This document shows, piece by piece, positions 20,240 to 31,920 of a stretch of DNA of 64,000 bases (position 1 is its first letter; each line of letters opens with the position of its first letter). The notes beneath the pieces were generated by a model. It searched no databases, was not told the origin of the DNA, and was given only the letters and a program-made list of their open reading frames with translations. Made by a program: the position numbers and the translations under genes. The stretch covers positions 640,001-704,000 of the forward strand of contig CAVPQB010000006.1 of assembly GCA_963707505.1 (NCBI GenBank). Reading direction: 5' to 3'. Source of the stretch: an uncultured Gemmatimonadales bacterium (GTDB lineage Bacteria > Gemmatimonadota > Gemmatimonadetes > Gemmatimonadales > Gemmatimonadaceae).

Positions 20240-21610
20240 GTGATCCAGACAGCAGCGGGAATTTCGCCCGCTTTTCTCTGGCTCGCTGCGACCGCAGGTG
20301 CATTGTCGCTGCTCACACCGTGCGTATTCCCCATGGTGCCGATCACGGTGTCGTATTTCCTGCGTCACGCACAAACGAGCCGAGCCCGAGCGTTCACTGC
20401 CGTCGCGATCTTCGGACTTGGCATCATCGTCACGTTCACGGCACTCGGCGTTACCGTCGCAGCGCTCGTTGGTGCTGCAGGGCTGACGCGATTCGCTGCC
20501 AATGCATGGGTGAATCTCGCGATTGCCGCAATCTTCCTCGGTCTCGCGCTCAACCTGCTCGGTTTCTATCAGTTGAACGTCTCGAGCCGAGTGCTGAGCG
20601 GCATCGATTCGGTCACGCGCGGCAGGAAAGAATCCGACGCCACGAGCGCGCTGCTCATGGGTGTGCTCTTCACGCTCACGAGCTTCACGTGCACCGCACC
20701 GTTCATTGGAACGCTGCTGGTCGCTGCATCACAGGGCGAATGGCAACGGCCGATCGTCGGAATGCTGGTTTATGCCGTTGTATTCGCGCTTCCATTCATC
20801 GTCCTCGCGACCGTCCCGCGCTGGATCAACAGTCTGCCCAGCTCCGGCGCCTGGCTGAATCGCATCAAGGTCGTGATGGGCTTCGTCGAGCTCGCCGCCG
20901 TGGCGAAGTTCATATCCAACGCGGATCTGGTCTGGCACTGGAACATCTTCACTCACGATGTCGTGCTCGCGATCTGGGTAGTGCTCGCGCTGATCGCGAC
21001 GTTCTACCTGTTGGGCGCATTTCGTCTGCCGCACGAGCCGCAGCTGGAGCGTACGGAAGCGACCAGAGCATCGCAGCGCGCATTACCGCACATCGGCGCC
21101 TCGCAGGCTGTCCCGGCACTGATTTTTCTTGCGCTCGGTATGTGGCTGGCCACCGGCCTCACGGGCGGTACGCTTGGTACGCTTGAATCGTTCCTCCCTC
21201 CCGTGGGTGGCGCACCGGCCGCGGTCAACGCCGCGGACGTCCCGGCCGAGCTCCACTGGCGGCTCAATGATCTTCCAGCGGCTCTCGCCGTCGCGCGCCA
21301 GCAGAACAGGCGTGTATTCATCGATTTTACCGGATACACGTGCACCAACTGCCGTTGGATGGAATCCAACATGTTCAGTCGGCCCGAGATAAAAGTCGCG
21401 ATGAACCGGTTCGTCCTCGCGCGTCTCTACACCGACGGCGACGGTGACATCTATGACAAGCAGCAGATGATGCAACAGCAGCGCTTCGGAACCATCGCCC
21501 TGCCGCTTTATGCGATAGTCGATCCTGACGGTAAAACAGTCACGACATTCGCCGGGCTTACACGCAGCCCAAATGATTTTCTTTCGTTCCTGTCCGCCGG
21601 GCTGAATTAG
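20240..21610 (+). CDS. dsbD: DsbD/CcdA transmembrane domain plus thioredoxin domain
   Basis: LLTPCVFPMVP, SFTCTAP, PSSGAWL, IDFTGYTCTNC. Confidence 0.88.
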   Translation: MIQTAAGISPAFLWLAATAGALSLLTPCVFPMVPITVSYFLRHAQTSRARAFTAVAIFGLGIIVTFTALGVTVAALVGAAGLTRFAANAWVNLAIAAIFLGLALNLLGFYQLNVSSRVLSGIDSVTRGRKESDATSALLMGVLFTLTSFTCTAPFIGTLLVAASQGEWQRPIVGMLVYAVVFALPFIVLATVPRWINSLPSSGAWLNRIKVVMGFVELAAVAKFISNADLVWHWNIFTHDVVLAIWVVLALIATFYLLGAFRLPHEPQLERTEATRASQRALPHIGASQAVPALIFLALGMWLATGLTGGTLGTLESFLPPVGGAPAAVNAADVPAELHWRLNDLPAALAVARQQNRRVFIDFTGYTCTNCRWMESNMFSRPEIKVAMNRFVLARLYTDGDGDIYDKQQMMQQQRFGTIALPLYAIVDPDGKTVTTFAGLTRSPNDFLSFLSAGLN

Positions 21611-21809
21611 CTTTTCGTGTCGATTTGTCCGGTACGGATCGTACCATGCTATAAGTCAGATGTTGTATTTCTTGCCAGGCGAAAATTGCCGATTACCAAG
21701 TCATAAGCGGCTCGTCCTAATGGGACGCACGCGACCGCGTGCTGAGAAATTCGGGCGGAATCAGCTGTATGGGATACGTCCCTGTGGCGCACCTTTTGGA
21801 GGCTCGACC

Positions 21810-23444
21810 ATGTTGTCCCATCGCTCGTTGTGCATTGGGCTCCTGCTGTTGCCGGCGCTTCCTGCGTTCGGTCAGAAACCCGCCGCGTCGCATCGTCCTG
21901 CGCAGGCGCGCTCGCAACAAACGTCGGCATCTCTTGCTGCCCCGCAGGTACGTGCAGTCGTGCTTCCGGTCGACGGACTCGAGAGTGATTCGGTGCAGAC
22001 GATCATCTCGCGCGATCTGAATTTCGGCGATCGCGTACAGGTTGTATCCGATCTGACACCTGTCGTACCGTCCACCAAAAAGACGCAGCAGCCAACCGCT
22101 GTGGTCAGGACAGTCGCAACTGCGGCCGGAGTGACCGTATCACTTGTCGATCCGCTGAGCGGTACAGTCAGGCAGCAGCATGACTTTGCGCTCCCGCAGG
22201 TGTCGCGTCGTACGGAACAGGCAATTGCCGATTCGCTGAACCAGGCATTCGACGCGCGCGACCTCATGCGTCGCACACGCATCGTTCGCGCAGAGACAGT
22301 TCGCGATTCGCTCCAGGCCGAGATGGCCAAAAAGGCGCCCAAGCTGCGCAACAAGGAGGCGAAGGCGCAATACGCCGAGCTCGTGACACAGCGCAACAAC
22401 ATGCTCATCGGCGCGCTGGGGGAGCTGGCGACAATCCGTGGCGAGCGTGAGCGTGATGAAGCCGCCCGCGCCGGGGTTCAGCACGATGCCATCGCACGCG
22501 AAGCAGTGATTCGCGATTCGGCGACCGCGGCCCGCCGCTGGGCAATCCACGGTGTTTCTGATGCCGTTGAGGAGTGGATGACCGGACATCGCGGCATCGC
22601 ACAGTCGCGCGTCGCGTACGTATCGAACGGTGTGATTCGTGTCGTCGATTTCGATGGGGCCAACGATCATCCGGTAACGCGTATCGACAAGGATGGAGAC
22701 AAGGCCATGTCGCCCGCGTGGCGCCGGGATGGCACCGCCATCGTTTACAGCGAGATGAGTGATGCAGGCACGCAGATCGCCGTGGTCGATCTCGTCACCG
22801 GAACGACTCGCGCATTGGCTGCAACACCGCGCGGGCTCAACATCACGCCGATCTTCTCCGCTGATGACAAGTCAGTCATCTACGCGAACGGCTCCGATTT
22901 CCACACCAGTCTTGTCTCGGTCCAGCTTGACGCCGCCACGACGGCCAAGCCGCTTCCGGTAAACCGCGCCTTCGACGTGGATGAGCCGATTCTGAGCCCC
23001 GACGGCACGCGCATCGCCTACGTGTCGTCCCGCCCCAAGACCCCGCAGATCTATTCCGCCAATCTTGACGGAACAGACGAGCGTGTCGAAGCACCTGCAC
23101 CTCCAAAGACGCGTGTCTATCACACCAGCCCGGACTGGAGCCCCGACGGACGGATGATCGCGTACCAGCAGCAGAATGGCGATTTCCAGGTCTGGGTGGT
23201 GAACCGGGATAGCCGCAGCGTCCGCCGTCTCACCTCAGTTGGCGAGAACGAGGATCCGTCGTGGGCACCGGACGCGCGCCACATCGCTCTCACGTCCAAC
23301 CGTGGCGGTGCCAAGGCAATCTGGGTTCTGGATATCCAGACCGGTCGATTCCGGCAGCTCACGGCAGCCGGCGACGCTCGTCTGGCGGCCTGGTCTGGCC
23401 CGCTCGGCTCCAGAGCTCCAGCACCCCTGGCGATCGCTCGATAG
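21810..23444 (+). CDS. TolB-like protein with PD40 beta-propeller and helical insertion
   Basis: GGAGG RBS, signal peptide, IISRDL, IHGVSDAVEEWMTGHRGIAQSRVAYV, repeated SPAW/PDWSPDG/PSWAPD. Confidence 0.82.
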   Translation: MLSHRSLCIGLLLLPALPAFGQKPAASHRPAQARSQQTSASLAAPQVRAVVLPVDGLESDSVQTIISRDLNFGDRVQVVSDLTPVVPSTKKTQQPTAVVRTVATAAGVTVSLVDPLSGTVRQQHDFALPQVSRRTEQAIADSLNQAFDARDLMRRTRIVRAETVRDSLQAEMAKKAPKLRNKEAKAQYAELVTQRNNMLIGALGELATIRGERERDEAARAGVQHDAIAREAVIRDSATAARRWAIHGVSDAVEEWMTGHRGIAQSRVAYVSNGVIRVVDFDGANDHPVTRIDKDGDKAMSPAWRRDGTAIVYSEMSDAGTQIAVVDLVTGTTRALAATPRGLNITPIFSADDKSVIYANGSDFHTSLVSVQLDAATTAKPLPVNRAFDVDEPILSPDGTRIAYVSSRPKTPQIYSANLDGTDERVEAPAPPKTRVYHTSPDWSPDGRMIAYQQQNGDFQVWVVNRDSRSVRRLTSVGENEDPSWAPDARHIALTSNRGGAKAIWVLDIQTGRFRQLTAAGDARLAAWSGPLGSRAPAPLAIAR

Positions 23445-23477
23445 TCGGATGTTTATCATGGGCTGAAGCGTTGCACC

Positions 23478-23494
23478 TGTAACGCTACGTTACA
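23478..23494. promoter_or_regulatory. Palindrome, candidate upstream activator sequence
   Basis: TGTAACG-CTA-CGTTACA (TGT-N11-ACA), about 65-80 nt upstream of a -24/-12 element. Confidence 0.55.
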
Positions 23495-23558
23495 ACCATT
23501 TCGTTTCGCAAACCGGCGGGTCACACTGTAAGTCGTTGGTATCCAACGATTTAACTTG

Positions 23559-23574
23559 TGGCCCGCCGGTTGCT
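23559..23574 (+). promoter_or_regulatory. Sigma54 (-24/-12) promoter
   Basis: TGGCCCGCCGGTTGCT = GG-N10-GC with TTGCT, 47 nt before ATG 23621; preceded by IHF-like TAAGTCGTTGGTATCCAACGATTTA. Confidence 0.72.
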
Positions 23575-23620
23575 TTAGGGCTGTGTGCAAGAACCTTCGC
23601 ACATTACTGGAGCCAAGCAC

Positions 23621-24334
23621 ATGTTTCGTACTTCGATCGTTCGCTCTACCATATTCGGTCTGGGCGTCGCGCTCATCGCGACGGGGTGCACACCGGAGAA
23701 CCTTTCCGGACCCCAGGTATCGCTGACCCCACCGAATGCAGCAGTCACGGCACCAGCCGTAGCTGCACCGCGGGCAGGAACGCCTGGAGCCAACGCCAAC
23801 CTGCTTGGCGGAGTCCTCAATCTTACTGGAGCAGTCGTCCAGACAGTCGTTCAAACGGTGAATGACCTGCTTTACCCGGTCGTTCAGCGCCAGCAGGCCC
23901 TGGCTCATCCGATCACGGTCACGCACACGATCGGCACTGCTGGCGGATCGATCTCAATTCCGCAGGCAGGTCTCACCATAACGTTCGCCCGCGGTGCGGT
24001 GCTAAGGTCCACGCCGATCACGGTTACCGCCGACTCTGGCAAGGCGGTTTCATACGAGTTTGGTCCACACGGCACGCAGTTCTACGCGCCGGTAACGATC
24101 GCGCAGGACATGAGCCTGACGACGCTGGCGGACAAGCCCGGCGCCGCTTCCGGCATCCACGGCGGTTACACCGCGAACGGCCTGCAAGACATAATCGGCG
24201 GATTGCTGGCACGTGTCGCCGAGCTCCTCGATGCGACGACAACGGTCATAATCGGCCGCGATGGCAAGGCCCACCTCGGTACTTCCAGCTTCATAATCAA
24301 GCACTTCTCGGGCTACATCCTGATCAGCACCTGA
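23621..24334 (+). CDS. Lipoprotein with ZU5-like C-terminal beta domain
   Basis: GGAG RBS, lipobox ATGC; IGTAGGSISIP...FGPHGTQF..PVTI...HFSGY pattern recalls ZU5 domains. Confidence 0.65.
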   Translation: MFRTSIVRSTIFGLGVALIATGCTPENLSGPQVSLTPPNAAVTAPAVAAPRAGTPGANANLLGGVLNLTGAVVQTVVQTVNDLLYPVVQRQQALAHPITVTHTIGTAGGSISIPQAGLTITFARGAVLRSTPITVTADSGKAVSYEFGPHGTQFYAPVTIAQDMSLTTLADKPGAASGIHGGYTANGLQDIIGGLLARVAELLDATTTVIIGRDGKAHLGTSSFIIKHFSGYILIST

Positions 24335-24342
24335 GGCGCGCA

Positions 24343-25392
24343 ATGAACTCCGAAGCGATGCACTTTCCACCCACACCGTTCGATGAGCTGCGCGCACGCG
24401 CAGCTCAGTTCATCGACAAGGCCAAGACAGCTCAACGTCATGGTGATGCGGACAGTGCGTTGGCGCACTACGATGACGCGCTCTCGTTGATGGAGGATGA
24501 GGGCGATTCCCCCATGGCTGCCGATGTGCTCAGATGGAAGGGCTGGGTGTTGAGCGAACGAGGGGATACACCCGCAGCGTACCGGTTCTTCAATCGAAGT
24601 CTCGCAATGGCCGAACGGCTCGATTACGTGAATGGCCAGGCACATGCGCTCAACTGTCTTGGCACAATTGCACAGCGTCGAGGAGAGCTGAAAAATGCCG
24701 AGCGGTTGTACAGCCAGGCCGCGTTTCGCGCTGAAGCGAGCGCCGACCGTCGGTTGCTCGGAATGGTCGAGCTGAATCAGGGAGTGATCGCATCGTCGCT
24801 GGGAGACTGGGACACTTCGATAGTGCGGTTGCGGCTGAGTCTCAAGGCATTCGAGAGCGTCGGCGACAAGGAGGGAGCGTCCTACGCGCACAACAACATC
24901 GGACTGCATTACGCCGCAAGGAAGCGTTATGCACAGGCTGTCGAATCGTTTGAAATGGCTCTCGCGATCGCGTACTCGCGAGAAGACATGGTGGTCGAGG
25001 CAACGGTCGAGCTGAACCTCGGCGACGTTCGAATACGGCAGGCGGAGCTTGACAGCGCGACGCGGTCGGTTGCCCGGGCGCTCAAGATCGCTGAGATCCG
25101 GCGGGACCGCCTTCGCATGGCCGAGGCGCTGCGGCTCAAGGCACGGATCGAGAGGTTGCGCGGACAGTTGGCGACAGCCGTGGAGACGCTGCGGCAGGCA
25201 CGCTATCAGGCTCGGGAGGGCGAAGATGCCCTGCTTCAGCTGGAGCTTCTGACCGAGCTCGGCGAGCTCTGCCGCGAGCAGGGCGATTCGGAGCGGACCA
25301 GAGACGTTCTTCGAGAAGCCCTGGTCGGTTTTACCGAGATAGGCGCGATCAGACGAGCCGAGGCAATTGCGGAGGAATTGGCCGCTTTGTAG
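24343..25392 (+). CDS. Cytoplasmic tetratricopeptide repeat protein
   Basis: About 40-aa periodic helical repeats (AHALNCLG, VELNQG, AHNNIG, VELNLG); no signal peptide. Confidence 0.85.
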   Translation: MNSEAMHFPPTPFDELRARAAQFIDKAKTAQRHGDADSALAHYDDALSLMEDEGDSPMAADVLRWKGWVLSERGDTPAAYRFFNRSLAMAERLDYVNGQAHALNCLGTIAQRRGELKNAERLYSQAAFRAEASADRRLLGMVELNQGVIASSLGDWDTSIVRLRLSLKAFESVGDKEGASYAHNNIGLHYAARKRYAQAVESFEMALAIAYSREDMVVEATVELNLGDVRIRQAELDSATRSVARALKIAEIRRDRLRMAEALRLKARIERLRGQLATAVETLRQARYQAREGEDALLQLELLTELGELCREQGDSERTRDVLREALVGFTEIGAIRRAEAIAEELAAL

Positions 25393-25474
25393 GCCTTTGC
25401 AGGGGCGTCAGTTGGTTACAGCTTGATGCGAGGTTGGCCGACACTCTGAGGGTGTCACCAACCTCGCATCCGCA

Positions 25475-26559
<1,085 letters not shown>

Positions 26560-26563
<4 letters not shown>

Positions 26564-28188
26564 CGACAGCGACAATGACGCAGATTGGCGGAGTCTCGCG
26601 TCCTGATTCTCCTGTTTCGTTCGACGACGTGGTCGGCGAGGCGCGGAGTCTCGAGCGGAATGGCAGATGGACGGAGGCACGCTCCTGCTATGAGCGTCTA
26701 TTGGGTGACGATACACTCACCGCGGCGGCGCGCTCATCGGTATTACGCTGGATCGGCCGCACGCACGCCGAGGAAGGGAATCCGGACACAGCGTTCTCCG
26801 TGCTCGAGCGGGCCGTTGCGGCCGCGCAGGAATCAGGTGAGGTGGGCGTGGAAGCGCACGCGCTCAACGGGCTCGCGGTAATCGAGCAGACGCTGGGCAA
26901 CCTCGACCGTTCCGAGGAGTTGTATGTACGCGCGCGAAGCCGTGCCGCCGAAGCCGACGATGAGCTGCTGGTGGCGATACTGGACCAGAATCTCGCAACC
27001 GTGGCGAACATTCGCGGTAATCTGGAGCTCGCGCTCGAGTCGTATGGATCGAGCCGGAAGCGCTTCCATGCGCTGGGCCGTTCATCATACGAAGCACACG
27101 TGCTCAATAATGTCGGGATGGTGCTGACAGATCTTGGACGGTGGGAAGACGCCGAAGCGGCGTATTGCTCCGCGTGCGAAGCGTGTGCAAGCAGCGACGA
27201 CAGAGAGCTGCTGCGCAGGATCGAGGTGAATCAGGCCGAGCTCTGGATTGCACGTAACGATCTGCCCAAGGCGCGCGAGCGGTGCGAGCGGTTGCTGAAC
27301 GATGCACAGCGTGAAAAAAATGTATCAGCGCCATGGCTCGGCGAGGTTTACAAGCACTACGGCGTCGTGTGCCGGGAACAGCGTCAGCTTGATCGTGCTG
27401 AAGGTTGGTTTGCACAGGCAGCAAGGATCGCGGATAACTCGCATGACCTGCTCCTTGCCGCTGAAACGGCGCGCGAGCAGGCCGAGCTTTACTGGATTCA
27501 GGCGCGAAACAGCGACACGCTGCAGGCGCTGAACGCAGCACACGGCTGGTTTTCACAACTGCGCGCGGAGCGTGACCTCGATGCGATCGCACGGCGCAAC
27601 GGACGTCTGGAAGAGCGTTTTCTCGAAGTAGTGCGGAAGTGGGGCGAATCGATCGAAAGCAAGGACTGTTACACGCAAGGGCACTGCGTACGTGTCGCAG
27701 ACGTAGCGTGCATGCTCGCCGAGCGTATGGGGTTCGACTCGAAAACATTGTTCTGGTTCCGCATTGGCGCTCTGCTGCACGACGTTGGCAAGTTGATAGT
27801 TCCGCAGGAAGTGCTCAACAAGCCAGGCAAGCTCGATGACGATGAGTGGCGCATCATGAAGCGTCACCCCGAAGCCGGTGTCGAGCTGCTGGCCGACATC
27901 GAATTTCCGTGGGATGTGAGGCCCATGGTGCGCAACCATCACGAGCGCTGGGACGGCGCAGGATATCCGGATGAGCTGGCGGGTGAAGCGATACCGCTTT
28001 CGGCGCGCATTCTCTGCATCGCCGATGTGTACGACGCTCTCACGACGAATCGCTCGTACCGTAAGGGGTTCGATCATGAACGGGCTGTGGCCGTAATGAC
28101 CGAGAACAATGCGAACGGTCACTTCGATCCGGCGATATTCGATCTCTTCCTCGAATGGGCTGCGACGCACAACACACAGGTGGGATGA
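26560..28188 (+). CDS. TPR plus HD-GYP cyclic-dinucleotide phosphodiesterase
   Basis: N-terminal TPRs; [44 protein letters not shown] overlap with activator stop (alternative ATG 26575). Confidence 0.92.
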
Positions 28189-29783
28189 CAATGTCGTTCA
28201 TACGTCGCGAAGATGTTGGCGCATCGCTGCGATCGGTCGCGCTTGCAGGATTGATCATCATCGCTGTCGCTGCGTGCGCGGGAGAGGCGAGGGTCGGGAA
28301 GGCGAGTGGTGCAGGAGGGACACTCGTTGTCGCCACAGCCGGCGACGCCGACAACCTCTTTCCACCGCTTACACTGACCAGTCAGGGGCGCCAGGTGGTG
28401 GATCAGATATTCGATTATCTGGCGGACATCGGCCCCGACTTGAATACGATTGGCGATGGAGGCTTCACGCCCAGGCTGGCCGATTCCTGGCGCTGGGCTC
28501 CGGATTCGTCGTGGATAGCGTTCCACATCAATCCGCGTGCACGCTGGCACGACGGGCAGCCGGTTCGCGCCGGCGACGTCCGCTTCACATTCAAATTGCT
28601 GACGGACTCGACGCTTGCATCGCCGATTGCAGCGACATTGCGCGGGATCGATTCGGTAAGTGTGCGCGATTCACTTACTGCGGTCGTGTGGTACTCGAGA
28701 CGGACGCCGGAGCAGTTCTTCAATTTCGTGTACAACGTCGCGATACTGCCTGAGCATCTTCTGCACGATGTTCCGGTGAAGTCACTTGCATCGTCACAGT
28801 TTGCGCGGCATCCAGTGGGCAGTGGCCGGTTCAGGTTTGGCAGATGGGACGGCGGGTCGCGCATCGAGATCGTGACTGACAGTAATAACTATCGCGGACG
28901 CGCACGGCTCGATCGCGTTGTGTGGTTGGTGTCGCCGGACATGCAGGCAGCGACGACGCGGTTGCTGGCGGGCGAGGCGGACTTCCTCGAGGTCGTGCGT
29001 GGTCCCGCAGTGGATCAGGTTGTCGCATCGCCGCGCGTACGACTGTTGACGTCGCCGAGTCTCGATTACGGCTTTCTGGGGTTCAACGTTCGGCGTGCGC
29101 CGTTCAATGACAGGGAAGTACGGCGTGCGTTGAGCATGGCCGTGGATCGGTCGGCGATGGCCCGGAACGTGTTCGACACGCTGGCGCTCCCGGGGCTCGG
29201 CCCCGTGACGCGCGCGTTACCGGTCAGCAGGAACGTTGTTGCACTTTCGTATGATTCCGCGGCAGCGGTGAAGATACTTGCCGCGCACGGTCCGATCTCC
29301 TTCCGGTTGCTCGTTCCCACGTCGAGCGCCGTGCGCATGAAGTACGCAACGCTGCTTCAGGAGCAGTACCGTCGCTTCGGAGTGAACGTGACCATCGAGC
29401 CGCTCGAGGTCAACGCATTCGTTCGGCGACTCACAAGAAGCGACTTCGATGCGGTGCTCAATGCATGGCATTCCGACCCCAGTCCTGCCGCCGTTGTTCA
29501 GGCATGGGGGACGGCCGGCGCGCCGCCCGAGGGTGCGAATTTTGTCGGGTACACGAGTCAGCGCTTCGACGCGCTGGTGGATAGCGGCGCACGGTCATTC
29601 GATCCGGCGCGTGCGCGTGACTTTTATGCGCGGGCCTATGAGGAGATCGATGGCGACGCTCCGGCGGTGTGGCTGTACGACGCCCGGAACGCGAGCGGGG
29701 TGAGCCGTCGGGTGCACGTAGCTGGCACGAGGGCGGACGCCTGGTGGTCCGATCTTCCAGACTGGACAGTCGGCAAGCGCTGA
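28185..29783 (+). CDS. Family 5 (peptide/nickel) ABC substrate-binding lipoprotein
   Basis: Lipobox VAAC, PRLADSW, ARWHDGQPVRAGDVRFTF, PVGSGRF, VRRALSMAVDR; ATGA overlap with the HD-GYP stop. Confidence 0.9.
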   Translation: MTMSFIRREDVGASLRSVALAGLIIIAVAACAGEARVGKASGAGGTLVVATAGDADNLFPPLTLTSQGRQVVDQIFDYLADIGPDLNTIGDGGFTPRLADSWRWAPDSSWIAFHINPRARWHDGQPVRAGDVRFTFKLLTDSTLASPIAATLRGIDSVSVRDSLTAVVWYSRRTPEQFFNFVYNVAILPEHLLHDVPVKSLASSQFARHPVGSGRFRFGRWDGGSRIEIVTDSNNYRGRARLDRVVWLVSPDMQAATTRLLAGEADFLEVVRGPAVDQVVASPRVRLLTSPSLDYGFLGFNVRRAPFNDREVRRALSMAVDRSAMARNVFDTLALPGLGPVTRALPVSRNVVALSYDSAAAVKILAAHGPISFRLLVPTSSAVRMKYATLLQEQYRRFGVNVTIEPLEVNAFVRRLTRSDFDAVLNAWHSDPSPAAVVQAWGTAGAPPEGANFVGYTSQRFDALVDSGARSFDPARARDFYARAYEEIDGDAPAVWLYDARNASGVSRRVHVAGTRADAWWSDLPDWTVGKR

Positions 29784-29956
29784 TGTCCGATTCCGTACCG
29801 AATCGGTACGGCGCGTGCGGTCTGACGAGGCGATGAATACAATTCAGGGAGTCCAACCTGTTCGGTCAGCTCCGTGACTGACCATTTTGGATAGCCGCTG
29901 GCACCGCGCTGCGGCTCCGCGGGTCACGAGATTCCATTCTTTCGGAGTAATCAGAA

Positions 29957-31912
29957 ATGCTTCAGCCAAGATCGGCCGCTGCGGTGGTCGTTCTCTTCAG
30001 CGCGCTTGCGGCAGGTGCGCAGCAGCCGACTCCACAGCAGACAGAAGCGACCCGCAGAGGAGCTGGTGACACGTCGATCTTTGCACCGCTGGATCTGTAT
30101 CCGTCGCCCAACGTTTACAGGACCGGTGACGGCCGGCCCGGCGCTCATTACTGGCAGCAGCGCGCCGATTACGATCTGCACGCGACGCTGGATACGACGA
30201 ACAAATCGCTGAGCGCATCGATGACGTTGCGATACACGAACAACTCGCCAGATACCCTGCGATTCATCTGGGTTCAGACCGAGCAGAACGCATTCCGGCC
30301 GGGTTCGCTCAACACGCTCGTATTCGCACCCGACAGTCGCTTCGGATCGCGCAGCTTTGTGGGTGGCGATGTGATCGATCACTTCAATCAAGTCGTCAAC
30401 GGACGTGCGACTCCACTCAAGTTGCGCGACAACGGAACTGTGACCAAGGTCGATCTGGCCCAGCCACTGGCGCCTGGCAAGACGGCTACATTCGACGCAG
30501 CATGGCACTTTCTGATTCCGGAGCATGGCGCTGATCGCATGGGCCGCGATGGTTCGCTGTTCGAGCTCGCCCAGTGGTATCCACGTGTGAACGTGTATGA
30601 CGACGTCCGCGGCTGGAACACGGAGCCGTATCTCGGACAGGGCGAGTTCTATCTGGAGTACGGTGATTTCAATCTGAGCGTCACGGTTCCATCGGGCTAC
30701 ATCGTGGCCGCGACGGGAACGCTCGCGAATCCGCACGACGTGCTGACGCCGACCGAGATCGCCCGTCTTGCGAAGGCGGCCAGGTCCGACACACCAGTAC
30801 CGATCATCACGGCATCGGATCTCACCAGCGGGGCAGCGCGGCCACGGACTACCGGCACGATGACGTGGCGCTTCAAGGCACACAACGTGCGCGACGTGGC
30901 GTGGGCGGCATCGCCCGAATACCAGTGGGATGCATCGAGCTGGAAGGGAATTCTGGCGCAGGCGTACTATCGGCCGAGCGCGGCAATCAACTGGGACGAT
31001 GCGGCGGACCAGGCGCGCATGTCGATTCAGGAGTATTCGGAGCGCTGGTTCATGTATCCGTATCCTCAGATCACCGCCGTCGAAGGTCCGATCAGCGGAA
31101 TGGAGTACCCGATGCTCGCGATGGAGACCAAGAGTCGCGACAAGCCGGATCTGTACAACGTCGTGACTCATGAGATCGGACACAACTGGTTCCCGATGAT
31201 CGTCGGCTCCAACGAGCGCGTACAGTTCTGGCAGGACGAAGGTTTCAACACGTTCATCAACACCTTCAGCGAAGCGCGTCGCTATCCGCAGAACGGCGAC
31301 CAGATGCAGCGAGCAGCCGAGGAGCGTGCACAGGTCGAGCAGACGCAGAAGTTGAACATCGACGTTCCGATCATCACGAATCCGGATCGTATCGACCCGC
31401 GCAAGCTCGGCTTCACAGAATACGTCAAGACGTCTGTCGGCCTTCAGCTTCTGCGCCAGGAGATCATGGGGCCTGCGGCCTTCGACGACGCGTTCAAGGA
31501 ATACACGCGCCGTTGGGCGTTCAAGCATCCAACGCCGACTGATTTCTTCCGTACGATGGAATCGGTTGGCGGGCAGCGGCTGGACTGGTTCTGGCGCGAG
31601 TGGTTCTATGAAGATCCACATTTCGATCAGGCCATCGAGTCGGTGCAGGCGACTGATTCGAGTGGGGTGCAGCACGTCACGGTCGTGTATGGCAATCGTG
31701 CACGCGGTGTGCTGCCGATACGCGCGCACTTCACCTTCAGCGACGGCACAACGCAGGATTTCGAGTATCCCGCGCTGGTCTGGAGTACCAACAGTGTCCG
31801 CTATGTTCGGGAATACGACTTCACCGGCAAGACTGTGAAGCGGATCGATCTCGATCCCGATCGGCGTCTTGTGGATGTCGATCGGACGAACAACAGCTGG
31901 ATGGCGCAGTGA
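29957..31912 (+). CDS. M1-family aminopeptidase
   Basis: Signal peptide, YWQQRADY, GMEYPM, HEIGHNWFPM...DEGFNTF, WAFKHPTP. Confidence 0.93.
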   Translation: MLQPRSAAAVVVLFSALAAGAQQPTPQQTEATRRGAGDTSIFAPLDLYPSPNVYRTGDGRPGAHYWQQRADYDLHATLDTTNKSLSASMTLRYTNNSPDTLRFIWVQTEQNAFRPGSLNTLVFAPDSRFGSRSFVGGDVIDHFNQVVNGRATPLKLRDNGTVTKVDLAQPLAPGKTATFDAAWHFLIPEHGADRMGRDGSLFELAQWYPRVNVYDDVRGWNTEPYLGQGEFYLEYGDFNLSVTVPSGYIVAATGTLANPHDVLTPTEIARLAKAARSDTPVPIITASDLTSGAARPRTTGTMTWRFKAHNVRDVAWAASPEYQWDASSWKGILAQAYYRPSAAINWDDAADQARMSIQEYSERWFMYPYPQITAVEGPISGMEYPMLAMETKSRDKPDLYNVVTHEIGHNWFPMIVGSNERVQFWQDEGFNTFINTFSEARRYPQNGDQMQRAAEERAQVEQTQKLNIDVPIITNPDRIDPRKLGFTEYVKTSVGLQLLRQEIMGPAAFDDAFKEYTRRWAFKHPTPTDFFRTMESVGGQRLDWFWREWFYEDPHFDQAIESVQATDSSGVQHVTVVYGNRARGVLPIRAHFTFSDGTTQDFEYPALVWSTNSVRYVREYDFTGKTVKRIDLDPDRRLVDVDRTNNSWMAQ

Positions 31913-31920
31913 GGTAGAGA

